From: Candidatus Gastranaerophilales bacterium
Lineage (GTDB): Bacteria > Cyanobacteriota > Vampirovibrionia > Gastranaerophilales > Gastranaerophilaceae
Direction of reading: 5' to 3'
Assembly (NCBI GenBank): GCA_944326515.1
Contig: CALVEI010000001.1
Coordinates: forward strand, 73,604-137,603
Length of the DNA stretch: 64,000 bases
Within the stretch, counting starts at the first letter, position 1. Each line of letters opens with the position of its first letter. Shown here one piece after another: positions 8,587 to 16,592 of the stretch. The position numbers were made by a program, and so were the translations under genes. The notes beneath the pieces are model-generated. The model saw only the letters and a program-made list of their open reading frames with translations. It was not told the DNA's origin and did no database searches.

Positions 8587-9099
8587 TTATGAACCTCCGC
8601 TTTTAATTATGTCTTGAAGATTTGTCATAAAGCGTCCTTCTAACGTTGCTAAAACGTTGTATTGAGAACCTGCCTTAGCCATGTCCATCATTTCTTCTTC
8701 GACGTTAACATTGTTTCCGTTGCCGTAGTCAATCCATCTTGTATCTCTGATTACCTCAGGAGCGTAGTTGTTTGTATCTGCTTGTGTTTGTTGAATATAC
8801 ATAAATTGCTCTTGAGGAAGTCTTTGTGCAATATTTTGCTGCATTGGGTTTGTTGACATTGTATAGCCAGGTTTATATTCATCGTTTTTATAAGCCTGAC
8901 TGTTTTGCATTCTCAAATCTCGTCTTACATCGTCTTTTGCAATGATTTCTCTTAACTGGTCTTCAAAAGCGACCTGTTTTCTTTGATAATTGGGTGTCAT
9001 TGCGTTAGCAGTGTTTGAGGCAATTGCAGTTTGTCTTTTTACTAATCCGTCCATTGCAAGTTTTGAGACTTCAATGGCTCTTACATTAAACAAATCCAA
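8587..9099 (-). CDS. flgB: Flagellar basal-body rod protein FlgB
   Basis: RQTAIASNTANAMTPNYQRKQVAFED, with C-terminal EEEMMDMAKAGSQYN. It sits immediately upstream of flgC. Confidence 0.85.
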   Translation of the reverse strand: MDLFNVRAIEVSKLAMDGLVKRQTAIASNTANAMTPNYQRKQVAFEDQLREIIAKDDVRRDLRMQNSQAYKNDEYKPGYTMSTNPMQQNIAQRLPQEQFMYIQQTQADTNNYAPEVIRDTRWIDYGNGNNVNVEEEMMDMAKAGSQYNVLATLEGRFMTNLQDIIKSGGS

Positions 9100-9118
9100 T
9101 TTTTACCTCCTCTCTTGT

Positions 9119-10423
9119 TTATAATTTAGGTATTGTTATTTCAAAAGTAGTACCGTTTTCATCAGAGCTTATGAGTTTTAAATCTCCGTATTGCTCTTGC
9201 ATTGCTTCTTTTGAAATATACAGTCCGAGTCCGCTGCCTGTAATTTTTGATGTGTAACCTTCTTCAAAAACTTTTGAACATTTGTCTTTTTCTATACCAC
9301 AGCCGTTATCAGTGATTAAAATTTTGAGCATATTGTCTGCTGTTTCTTCGGTTTTTATTTTTATTGTTCCGTTCTCTTTTACCGCGTCTATTGCGTTATA
9401 GAAAAGATTTATCATTACGTTTAACAGTTTGTTTTCATCGGCTAAGATATTGCCGTTGTATTGGTTTGAAACTTCAAATTTTACGCCTGTTTGTTGTGCT
9501 TTTGCGTTTACAAGGTTTATGGCATTTTGCAATATTTGCGCAAAATTAAGTGTTTCAAGTTTGACACTTTGGATTGTTCTAAGCTCTGTTAAAAGAACCT
9601 CGATAGCATCTTTGGATTTTTTTATACTTGAAATTGCGTTAGTTATTGAGTCATGGAGTTCTGCATTTGGAACAATTTCAAGTCTTTTTTCCATTATTTT
9701 GGAATACAAATCGATGATAGAAAGGTGGTTTTTTATATCGTGAGAGATTACTTTTGCTTTTGTTGATATGTATTCATATTTTTTGATAATATCATCGCTT
9801 TCCCCTAACAAGCCTACTTCTGCTTGGGTCATGGAGGCTTCTTCGACAAAAGAATCTGCAAAGTTGATGAACTTGTGAACAGCTTGGTTTAAAAGTTCAT
9901 TGCTTCTTCTTTCAGGGGTGTATTCTTGAATGTATCTTGTTAAATCAATTTTAGAGTTTTCAGAGATTATTTGAATAACGTTGTTTACATCTCTTGAGTT
10001 TAAAAGGTAGTACAAACAAGATGTTTCTTTGATTGTTTCTGTAGAATAATCCCATAACATGCAGGCAGAATATCTTGGAGAAAGTAATACAAGAAATTCT
10101 GTTTGTCCCCAGATGTCATCTTTTGTGAGATTTTCGCCTTTTGTAACATCGTCAAAGGAGTAAACTTCTGCGTTTGTGAATTCTAGTCTTTTTAAAACTC
10201 CGTCAAGTTCTTTTGTATCAAAGAGTCTAATTAAAACAACTGCTTTTTGAGTTTGGGCTTCTAAAAGAGGTTCTAATGCAAAGCGAAACAAACCCTTGAT
10301 GGTTTGTTTGTTGACAGGTTTTGTCTGTCCTAAATATATCAAATCTTTTAAAAGATTTTTTTGTCTAAAGTTTGCTCCGCTCATTTTTCTCTCTTGAATT
10401 TCCTTTGCGCTCAGACCTGTCAT
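9119..10423 (-). CDS. Cytoplasmic sensor histidine kinase with an uncharacterised N-terminal sensor domain. The true start may be the second Met at 10384.
   Basis: H-box SHDIKNHLSII, N-box LINLFYNAIDA, G-boxes DNGCGI and GSGLGL. No TM segments. The first 13 codons overlap repeat-like sequence. Confidence 0.85.
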   Translation of the reverse strand: MTGLSAKEIQERKMSGANFRQKNLLKDLIYLGQTKPVNKQTIKGLFRFALEPLLEAQTQKAVVLIRLFDTKELDGVLKRLEFTNAEVYSFDDVTKGENLTKDDIWGQTEFLVLLSPRYSACMLWDYSTETIKETSCLYYLLNSRDVNNVIQIISENSKIDLTRYIQEYTPERRSNELLNQAVHKFINFADSFVEEASMTQAEVGLLGESDDIIKKYEYISTKAKVISHDIKNHLSIIDLYSKIMEKRLEIVPNAELHDSITNAISSIKKSKDAIEVLLTELRTIQSVKLETLNFAQILQNAINLVNAKAQQTGVKFEVSNQYNGNILADENKLLNVMINLFYNAIDAVKENGTIKIKTEETADNMLKILITDNGCGIEKDKCSKVFEEGYTSKITGSGLGLYISKEAMQEQYGDLKLISSDENGTTFEITIPKL

Positions 10424-10820
10424 TCACTTCGCTGTCGCTTCTGTTCATTTCGGTCTTCGCTTTCCGGATTTTATCCGTTCGGAAATTCGCTTACCATTAT
10501 TTAATCTGCTGGCGTTACGCCCGCTTGTAGTTTTTTCTTCGGACAAGTCGTTCATTCACTGTTGTCCTCATTACTTCGGCGTTCCTTCGCTTTGCTCAGT
10601 CAGCCTACACAAATCTGCTTCTTAGATTACCGGCGTTCGGAGAAAGCGTGGTTTCTCCTCACATGGGGCGTTTCGTTTCACTTCAGCCCCGCACGGAATC
10701 CGCTTCTTGGATTATTGTTCCATTCGGACAACTCGTTCATTACGCTTTCGCTGTCATTCACTATTGTCCTCATTACTTCGGCGTTCCTTCGCTTTGCTCA
10801 GTCAGCCTACACAAAATCCG
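10424..10820 (-). repeat. Mosaic of GC-rich repeat units filling the RR-HK intergenic region
   Basis: Direct repeats at 10538-10615 and 10723-10818 are near-identical, and the second carries a 17-nt internal insertion. Several short hairpins are present (GGAGAAA/TTTCTCC, TTTCCG/CGGAAA, GGGGC/GCCCC). The minus strand is purine-rich and shares GAGCAAAGCGA-type motifs with the 14339 element. Confidence 0.75.
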
Positions 10821-11531
10821 CTATATAGCGATTTTGACTTTTCTTCTGTTCAAAAATCCGTTGTTCAATGCGTACAACACAGCTTGTGTTCTATCATTAA
10901 CCTGCAATTTTTGGAAGATATTGTTTACGTGTGTTTTTACTGTTGTTTCTGAAATAAACAGTTTTTGTGCCACACCTTTGTAGGTTATGCCTTGTGTTAA
11001 CAAATCAAGAACTTCTTCTTCTCTTTGTGTAAGGTAGTTAAGAAGATTTTCTTCATCTGCTGTATTTTCTGCTTCTTCTTTGAAAGATTTTTGGAAATAT
11101 TCGAAAAATCTTGAGGACAAAGTTGCAGGTAAGTAAATTTTGCCTGCTGCAACTTCGTCTATTGCGTAGATGAGTTGAGCAGAGGCCATTGTTTTTAAGA
11201 TATAGCCTTTTGCACCAATCTTCATAGCTCTGAAAATTAAGTCAGGATCATCATAGCCTGTCAAAGCGATAATACGCACTCCCAAATCCAGTTTTTCAAT
11301 CTCTGCTATCGCAGTTAGACCGTCTTTTTCAGGCATGTTGATATCCATTAACACGATTTCGGGACGATACTTCTTAATAAGACTGATTGCAACACTTGCG
11401 CTTGTTGCTGTTGCCACAACATCGAAATCGCTCTCAATTTCAATCAATTCCTTGATACCTGACAAATGATCGTAATTGTCATCTACTAGAATGATTCTGG
11501 CTTTCTTCTTAAATTCAAGACCTCTTCTCAT
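10821..11531 (-). CDS. NarL/LuxR-family response regulator (REC + HTH)
   Basis: REC domain (ILVDDN...VLMDINMPEKDG...K at the usual position) and C-terminal LTQREEEVLDLLTQGITYKGVAQKLFISETTVKTHV. Confidence 0.9.
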   Translation of the reverse strand: MRRGLEFKKKARIILVDDNYDHLSGIKELIEIESDFDVVATATSASVAISLIKKYRPEIVLMDINMPEKDGLTAIAEIEKLDLGVRIIALTGYDDPDLIFRAMKIGAKGYILKTMASAQLIYAIDEVAAGKIYLPATLSSRFFEYFQKSFKEEAENTADEENLLNYLTQREEEVLDLLTQGITYKGVAQKLFISETTVKTHVNNIFQKLQVNDRTQAVLYALNNGFLNRRKVKIAI

Positions 11532-11817
11532 CTACTCCCCCCAAGATTTTATTTTTAAATTGTTATTAATCGTGTGATTGTATTATTTACACATGGTATA
11601 TTACCTCTAAATGTAGTAGGCTCTCATCGGCTATGGGGTCGAAATAGCTACAAAAACGCATCTTCTTAATGATTTAGACCACTTGGTCTATGGATGGGGC
11701 TTTTTGCTTACAGTGAAAAGGATTTCAGGATTATTTAAAAATAATTTATTAGTATTACTTTTCAAAGTTGAAGTAATAGATTTAAATTAGTCATAATGTA
11801 TGATAAATTATTGTCTA

Positions 11818-12169
11818 GGAGCAGTCGGATAATCGCGCAGATGAAAAACTCTGTGAGGAAAGTCCGGGCACCCAAGGGCAGACCGCCTGATAACGTCAGG
11901 TGCGGGCGACCGTGAGGATAGTGCCACAGAAATGCAGACTGCCGATGATTCCTGACTTTGTCAGTGAAAACAGGCGATGGTGCAACGGCGAGGTAAGAGC
12001 TCACCGGCAAGGCTGAGAGGTCTTGGCCAGGTAAACCCCGGTCGGGTGCAAGGTCAACTAAAAGGTTAAGGTGACCCGCCGTCTTTTGACAGACCGCTTG
12101 AGCTTGCAGGCAACTGTAAGTCGAGACAGATGATTATCTAAAAACAGAACCCGGCTTATGAGCTGCTCC
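11818..12169 (+). ncRNA. rnpB: RNase P RNA, bacterial type A
   Basis: Conserved GAGGAAAGTCCGGGC (P4 5' strand) and ACAGAACCCGGCTTA (P4 3' strand). P1 pairs GGAGCAG with CTGCTCC. The region is GC-rich relative to its flanks. Confidence 0.9.
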
Positions 12170-12269
12170 TTTTTATTTTTGTAAAAGCGGTTTCGCTTGT
12201 AGAAGTGGTTTGGACTTGTTTATTGCACAAATCCATCAGGTGTTTCGAGTTAGTTGACAATATGAAATA

Positions 12270-14150
12270 TTATTCTTGATTTGAAGATTGTTCTTCTTCT
12301 TCGGCTTTAATTTCTTGCGCATCTACAAATGCTGTTTGTTTGTACATTTTGATACGAGAAATTCTTCTGCCGTCCATTTCTAAGATAGTATATGTAATAT
12401 TTTTGTCTTCGATAACATCGTTCAGTTCAGGTTCTCTGCCTAAAAGGCCGAACACATATCCGCCGATTGTTTGGAAATCTTCGTTAGGAATATCTAAATC
12501 AAATCTTTCATTGATGTCTTCGATATCCATTTTGCAAGATACATTCAATGTGTTATCGTCTATTTTTACAACTTCAGGAGTTTCTACCTTGTCAAATTCG
12601 TCGTAAATTTCGCCTACGATTTCTTCTAAAATATCTTCGATAGTAACGATACCTGCAACACCGCCGTGTTCATCAACAACTGCTGCAATTTGATTTTTTG
12701 ATGCGGTAAAGTCACTCAACAAGTCTGAGATAAATTTGTTCTCAGGTACTATTAAAAGTTCTCTTGAAAGTAATTCTATAGAAAAATGATCGTCGATGTG
12801 ATTATTTTTTATAACCTTTAATACATCTTTTGCGTTGATTACGCCGATAATATTATCAACGTTATCTCTGTAAACAGGAATACGTGTATGGCCTGAGTTG
12901 ATTATTAAATCAGCAAGTTCATTGATATTTTGCTCAACATTAATCATGAAAATTTCTGTTCTTGGAACCATGATTTCTTTAACGACAGTATTTGCAAAAC
13001 CAAAGAAGTTAGAAAGCATTTGAGCCTCGTGGCTGTCTATAGTTTCAAGTTTTTCGCCTTCTTTGATGAGCTTGTGGAATTTTTCTTCCCAGTTATCTTC
13101 TGCGTCGTGTGCCTGCAGTTCTATTGTGATATGTGTAATGTTTCTGATTACTTTTTTGATTTTTCTTTCTAACATATCAGCAATGTCATCGGCATCTTTC
13201 ATTTGTGTTTCAGGGTCAACTTCAATAGTCATATTGATAATTAACCCAGAAGCTCCTAAATCGATAGTTTTAAGTTCAACAACATCTGTTATACCGTGGA
13301 TAGTTGAAGCGACTTGTCTGATTTTTTCTTCTACTTTAGGTTCTGCAGCTTGAACAGTCAGGCTGCTTACGTTGTTTTTAAGCAAGTATATTGCCAAGAA
13401 AAACAATATAGTACCGATTATGATAGATGCGATAGCATCAGGTATATATGCAAGTTCCATAGGCATTATAAATTTTGAAATCGTAAGAGCAATGAATGCA
13501 ACGATTACACCTGTGAAAGCCGCTGTGTCTTCGTACCATACAAATTTTGTTGTAGGGCTTTTGATTTTTCCTATGTATTTTATAGAAATGAAAAATTCTT
13601 TAAATATGTTTTTTTCTTGGATACCGACTTCGTGTAAAACAGCTTTAGATGCGCTTACAACAGCCCAAGCTTCAAAACAGATACTGCATAAAAGAGCGAT
13701 TGCGATATAAGGATAGTTTTTAAGTAATTCTGCTGCTTCTTCTGCGTGCAAAAGTTTTTCAAACCCGTGGTATAAAGCAATAAAAGTACCGCCTAGCATC
13801 AATATTGATGCAAACATTGCCCATACGTTAGCTTCCAAACCGTAGCCAAAAGGATGGACATTGTCTGCCGGTCTTGAACCTCTTTTTATACCAACAAGTA
13901 GGCATATACTGTTAAAAGAGTCTACACCTGAGTGAATGGCTTCTGCAAGCATTGCAGAACTTGATGAAAATAAAAAGCAGATAAATTTAACAAGTGCAAT
14001 TCCAAGATTAGCAATTAGTGCCTTTATTACGGCCATAAATTTTGAGTTTTCTGCTTCTTCGTGTGATATATCTTCGTCGTCTATTGAAATATTTATTTTG
14101 TTATTTTCTGTATCGTTTTCTAATTCTATATTTTTACTGTCTGATGACAT
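12270..14150 (-). CDS. Cation diffusion facilitator transporter fused to a CBS pair and a CorC/HlyC domain
   Basis: CDF motifs AMLAEAIHSGVDSFN and RPADNVHPFGYGLEANVW, plus a ZT-dimer-like region. Then CorC-type CBS (VKEIMVPRTEI...GHTRIPVY...GIVTIEDILEEIVGEI) and a CorC_HlyC-like tail. Confidence 0.85.
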   Translation of the reverse strand: MSSDSKNIELENDTENNKINISIDDEDISHEEAENSKFMAVIKALIANLGIALVKFICFLFSSSSAMLAEAIHSGVDSFNSICLLVGIKRGSRPADNVHPFGYGLEANVWAMFASILMLGGTFIALYHGFEKLLHAEEAAELLKNYPYIAIALLCSICFEAWAVVSASKAVLHEVGIQEKNIFKEFFISIKYIGKIKSPTTKFVWYEDTAAFTGVIVAFIALTISKFIMPMELAYIPDAIASIIIGTILFFLAIYLLKNNVSSLTVQAAEPKVEEKIRQVASTIHGITDVVELKTIDLGASGLIINMTIEVDPETQMKDADDIADMLERKIKKVIRNITHITIELQAHDAEDNWEEKFHKLIKEGEKLETIDSHEAQMLSNFFGFANTVVKEIMVPRTEIFMINVEQNINELADLIINSGHTRIPVYRDNVDNIIGVINAKDVLKVIKNNHIDDHFSIELLSRELLIVPENKFISDLLSDFTASKNQIAAVVDEHGGVAGIVTIEDILEEIVGEIYDEFDKVETPEVVKIDDNTLNVSCKMDIEDINERFDLDIPNEDFQTIGGYVFGLLGREPELNDVIEDKNITYTILEMDGRRISRIKMYKQTAFVDAQEIKAEEEEQSSNQE

Positions 14151-14338
14151 TTTAAATCCTTATATTTTTGACAGTATATATAATACTTGGAAATTTTAGT
14201 ATATGCAACAAATTTAACTATTTGGGAATTGTTACCTATTGTAAAAATGGAATATTTGACGTAGCAAAAAATATTTTGTTTGAACTTAATTTTGTAGGAC
14301 AATAAAATCATGGTCTTATAAATTGTCCGAAAAAAATT

Positions 14339-14443
14339 CGTGATAAGGAGCAAAGCGACGTGAACGAATTTTTTGAGTGTCACCTTGAAAAGGTGAGCAG
14401 TGGCGGCTCGAAGGTTCGAAGCGACAACTGCGACACTAGATTA
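14339..14443 (+). repeat. GC/purine-rich leader repeat element ending in CGACACTAGATT (copy A)
   Basis: GATAAGGA..GTGAACGAATTTTTTGA..AAGGTGAGC..CTGCGACACTAGATT. It ends 28 nt before the ATG at 14472. Confidence 0.65.
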
Positions 14444-14471
14444 AATTACTTACTATATTAGGGAGCTTTCT

Positions 14472-15986
14472 ATGGATATTAAATCAATCAGTACGCTAAC
14501 TTTGCCTCAAGCAGGTGTATATTCTGCTGCACCAAAACCTCAAAACACTACGCCTGTGGGTCAGCCGATGCAAGAAAGTACAAACCACAAGACTAACAAA
14601 AATTTTAAAAAGAAACTCCCTTATATTGCAGGTGCAATAGTTTTGGCTGGTTTAGGCATATATTTTACAAGAGGCAAGTCTTCTAAAAATGTTATTAATA
14701 ACGAAAACCTTGATAAATTAGGCGAAAACGTTGTTGCTAAACTCCAAAAAGAAGAAGAAAGACTTTTGGAAGCTGTAATACCAGAAAAGCCTAATAAATT
14801 AGGTGAAAAGGTAGTTGATCAAATTAAAAAAGAAGATACACTTTCTGAAGCATTAACACCAGGAAAAATTGAAGTACCTAAACAAAAAAATAAAACCAGT
14901 TTAAAAGATTTGATGAAAATTGATAAAAATGATCCTGATATAGAAGACGCTGTTGAAGTTATTGAAGATGAAATCAGTGAAAATTTGCCATCATTACCTG
15001 AAAATATTTGTATAGGTTTTGAAAATAATCAACCTGTTTTTGAAAAATATGCGCATGTTGTTGAAGAGGAAGTTCAACCTGCAATCAGCGCATTTGATGA
15101 AGCTAAAAAATCGATAAATTTTTTAAATGACGAAATTATCGCAAAAATAGTTGAAAACAAGAAAAAAGACGCGCAAGAGGTAAATCGTATTATCTCGGAA
15201 AATACAAAAGACGGTCACATAAACTTTAATATTATGCGTAAAGTTGCTCATGATTTTTCTACAGACGAAGCAAATAGAGGTGCCGACAGATTTCATCAAG
15301 CTGCTGACGTTTTAGAACAATCTTATTTAAAAGAGTTTATTAAAACTGAAAATGGTGAAACAAAAGGTATTTATAATCTTTTTGATGCTATGAAAACAGA
15401 TACCGAGTTGTTTTCAATTTATACTCAAAGGCCTATGGAAGAAGCTGCTAACAGGTTGAATTATCTTCGTCATAACGAGCTTATAAACTGCAAAGCTCCT
15501 AAAGATATGACACCTGATGAATTTTTTGAAAAAAGTTTTGAAAAACTTGTAGAAAAATTTCAGTTCAAAAAATATAATGACAAATTTAAAGTTGATGGCA
15601 ATTTTATCGATGTTATGCAAAAAAACCAAAATTTAAGAAAAGAAACAAATGCAATTTTGGATTCTGTAACAGGTGAATATGGTACGGTTGACCTTGTTAA
15701 ACTTAAATCAATAATAGCAAATGAATCAGATGCTCATAAAGCCGCTAATTTGATGGAAAAAGCTCTGCTCAAAAACTATAGCGGAATTTCTTCTGTTGAA
15801 GAGTTTCAAGATGCTTTTGTTTCTAACAAGACGCTTTTTGATATCTACAAAAAAATGCCTAAAGAACAAGCTACTCAAAGAATTAACGCATTCAGACGTT
15901 TTGAAATAACACCACTTTTCAAAGACGCTGATGAGTCAAAAACTTTGGCATTCTTTAACGAAGCTGTTAAAAAGTTAGACGCTTAA
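14472..15986 (+). CDS. Hypothetical membrane-anchored protein with two internally repeated C-terminal modules
   Basis: 504 aa with one TM segment (LPYIAGAIVLAGLGIYF). The repeated modules are ...TELFSIYTQRPMEEAANRLNYLRHNELI and ...KTLFDIYKKMPKEQATQRINAFRRFEIT. Confidence 0.6.
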   Translation: MDIKSISTLTLPQAGVYSAAPKPQNTTPVGQPMQESTNHKTNKNFKKKLPYIAGAIVLAGLGIYFTRGKSSKNVINNENLDKLGENVVAKLQKEEERLLEAVIPEKPNKLGEKVVDQIKKEDTLSEALTPGKIEVPKQKNKTSLKDLMKIDKNDPDIEDAVEVIEDEISENLPSLPENICIGFENNQPVFEKYAHVVEEEVQPAISAFDEAKKSINFLNDEIIAKIVENKKKDAQEVNRIISENTKDGHINFNIMRKVAHDFSTDEANRGADRFHQAADVLEQSYLKEFIKTENGETKGIYNLFDAMKTDTELFSIYTQRPMEEAANRLNYLRHNELINCKAPKDMTPDEFFEKSFEKLVEKFQFKKYNDKFKVDGNFIDVMQKNQNLRKETNAILDSVTGEYGTVDLVKLKSIIANESDAHKAANLMEKALLKNYSGISSVEEFQDAFVSNKTLFDIYKKMPKEQATQRINAFRRFEITPLFKDADESKTLAFFNEAVKKLDA

Positions 15987-15990
15987 GCTG

Positions 15991-16422
15991 TTATTTCCAA
16001 AGAGTGAGCTTAGTTGTTTCATCAAGTTCTCTGACTAAATCTTCGCCAAGAATTTCTTGAATAACAACTTCTGCCGCATAAATTGATGTACCTGCAACAA
16101 GGTGACCGCCAACGCATTTACCCTTTTTATCTGATGCGACAATATGCATATGACAAAAAGGCTTTCCGTCTTTGACAGAAACGTTACCTGAGCAGGAAAC
16201 TATTTCCATAGATTCGTCGTAAGCGTACGTGTTATATGTGTATTCTTTTTCGTCTTGATCAAAAAAACCGTATTTAAGGCTTGATATAGCTCCAATTACC
16301 TGTATGTAACCTGCTTTAATGTATTCGTGCTGACATATTTTATTTAATTCTTCAAGCAAATCTGCTTGATAATCTAGTTTGGCAACAAAAGTTCTGCCTC
16401 TTTCAAATTGTTTTAAAAACAT
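15991..16422 (-). CDS. PPC/DUF296-type domain protein
   Basis: 143 aa. The pattern GRTFVAKL...VIGAISSLKYGFF...EIVSCSGNVS...HMHIVASD...GGHL resembles PPC (DUF296) domain proteins. Confidence 0.55.
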   Translation of the reverse strand: MFLKQFERGRTFVAKLDYQADLLEELNKICQHEYIKAGYIQVIGAISSLKYGFFDQDEKEYTYNTYAYDESMEIVSCSGNVSVKDGKPFCHMHIVASDKKGKCVGGHLVAGTSIYAAEVVIQEILGEDLVRELDETTKLTLWK

Positions 16423-16592
16423 ATTTTTACCTGTATTATCTCAAATCTTTTTCTTTAAAAGTGCTTTAAATGCCGTATTTTAATTATTCCAAAAATAATA
16501 TATAATTAACCACGTTATAGCTTTTTTTTAAACTTTTGTAAAGTTTTTGGTTAAAGTTATAAAGTTTTGACCCCATTTGGTCGAAATAAAAA

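Noticed and set aside
10424-10820. Idea that the repeat mosaic is a CsrA-titrating, GGA-rich sponge
   Set aside because: I counted 10 GGA trinucleotides on the transcribed strand in 397 nt. That is not clearly above chance for this composition, and they are not consistently in hairpin loops. No csrA or fliW is in the window.
10562-10983. Three overlapping plus-strand ORFs (88, 111 and 81 aa) across the RR-HK intergenic repeats
   Set aside because: The plus strand here is pyrimidine-rich and therefore poor in stop codons. The ORFs overlap each other, run antisense to the operon, and repeat peptide strings only because the DNA is repeated.
11532-11817. Possible small RNA or riboswitch in the 286-nt region between the RR gene and rnpB (GCTAT-GGGGTCGAA-ATAGC and TAGACC-ACTT-GGTCTA hairpins)
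   Set aside because: No terminator, no match to c-di-GMP, SRP, 6S or tmRNA consensus that I can recognise, and no repeat-family motifs. It is probably just the RR operon promoter and leader.
11762-12010. 82-aa minus-strand ORF
   Set aside because: It lies entirely inside the RNase P RNA gene on the opposite strand. It is an artefact of GC-rich structured RNA sequence.
14126-14383. 85-aa minus-strand ORF
   Set aside because: It spans the promoter region of the CDF gene and part of the leader repeat. Its composition is AT-rich low complexity, and no RBS or motif is present.
14405-14425. GGTTCGAA T-loop-like string suggesting a tRNA
   Set aside because: No acceptor, D or anticodon arms can be drawn around it. 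It is part of repeat copy A, and copy B has GGCTCGAG at the same place.
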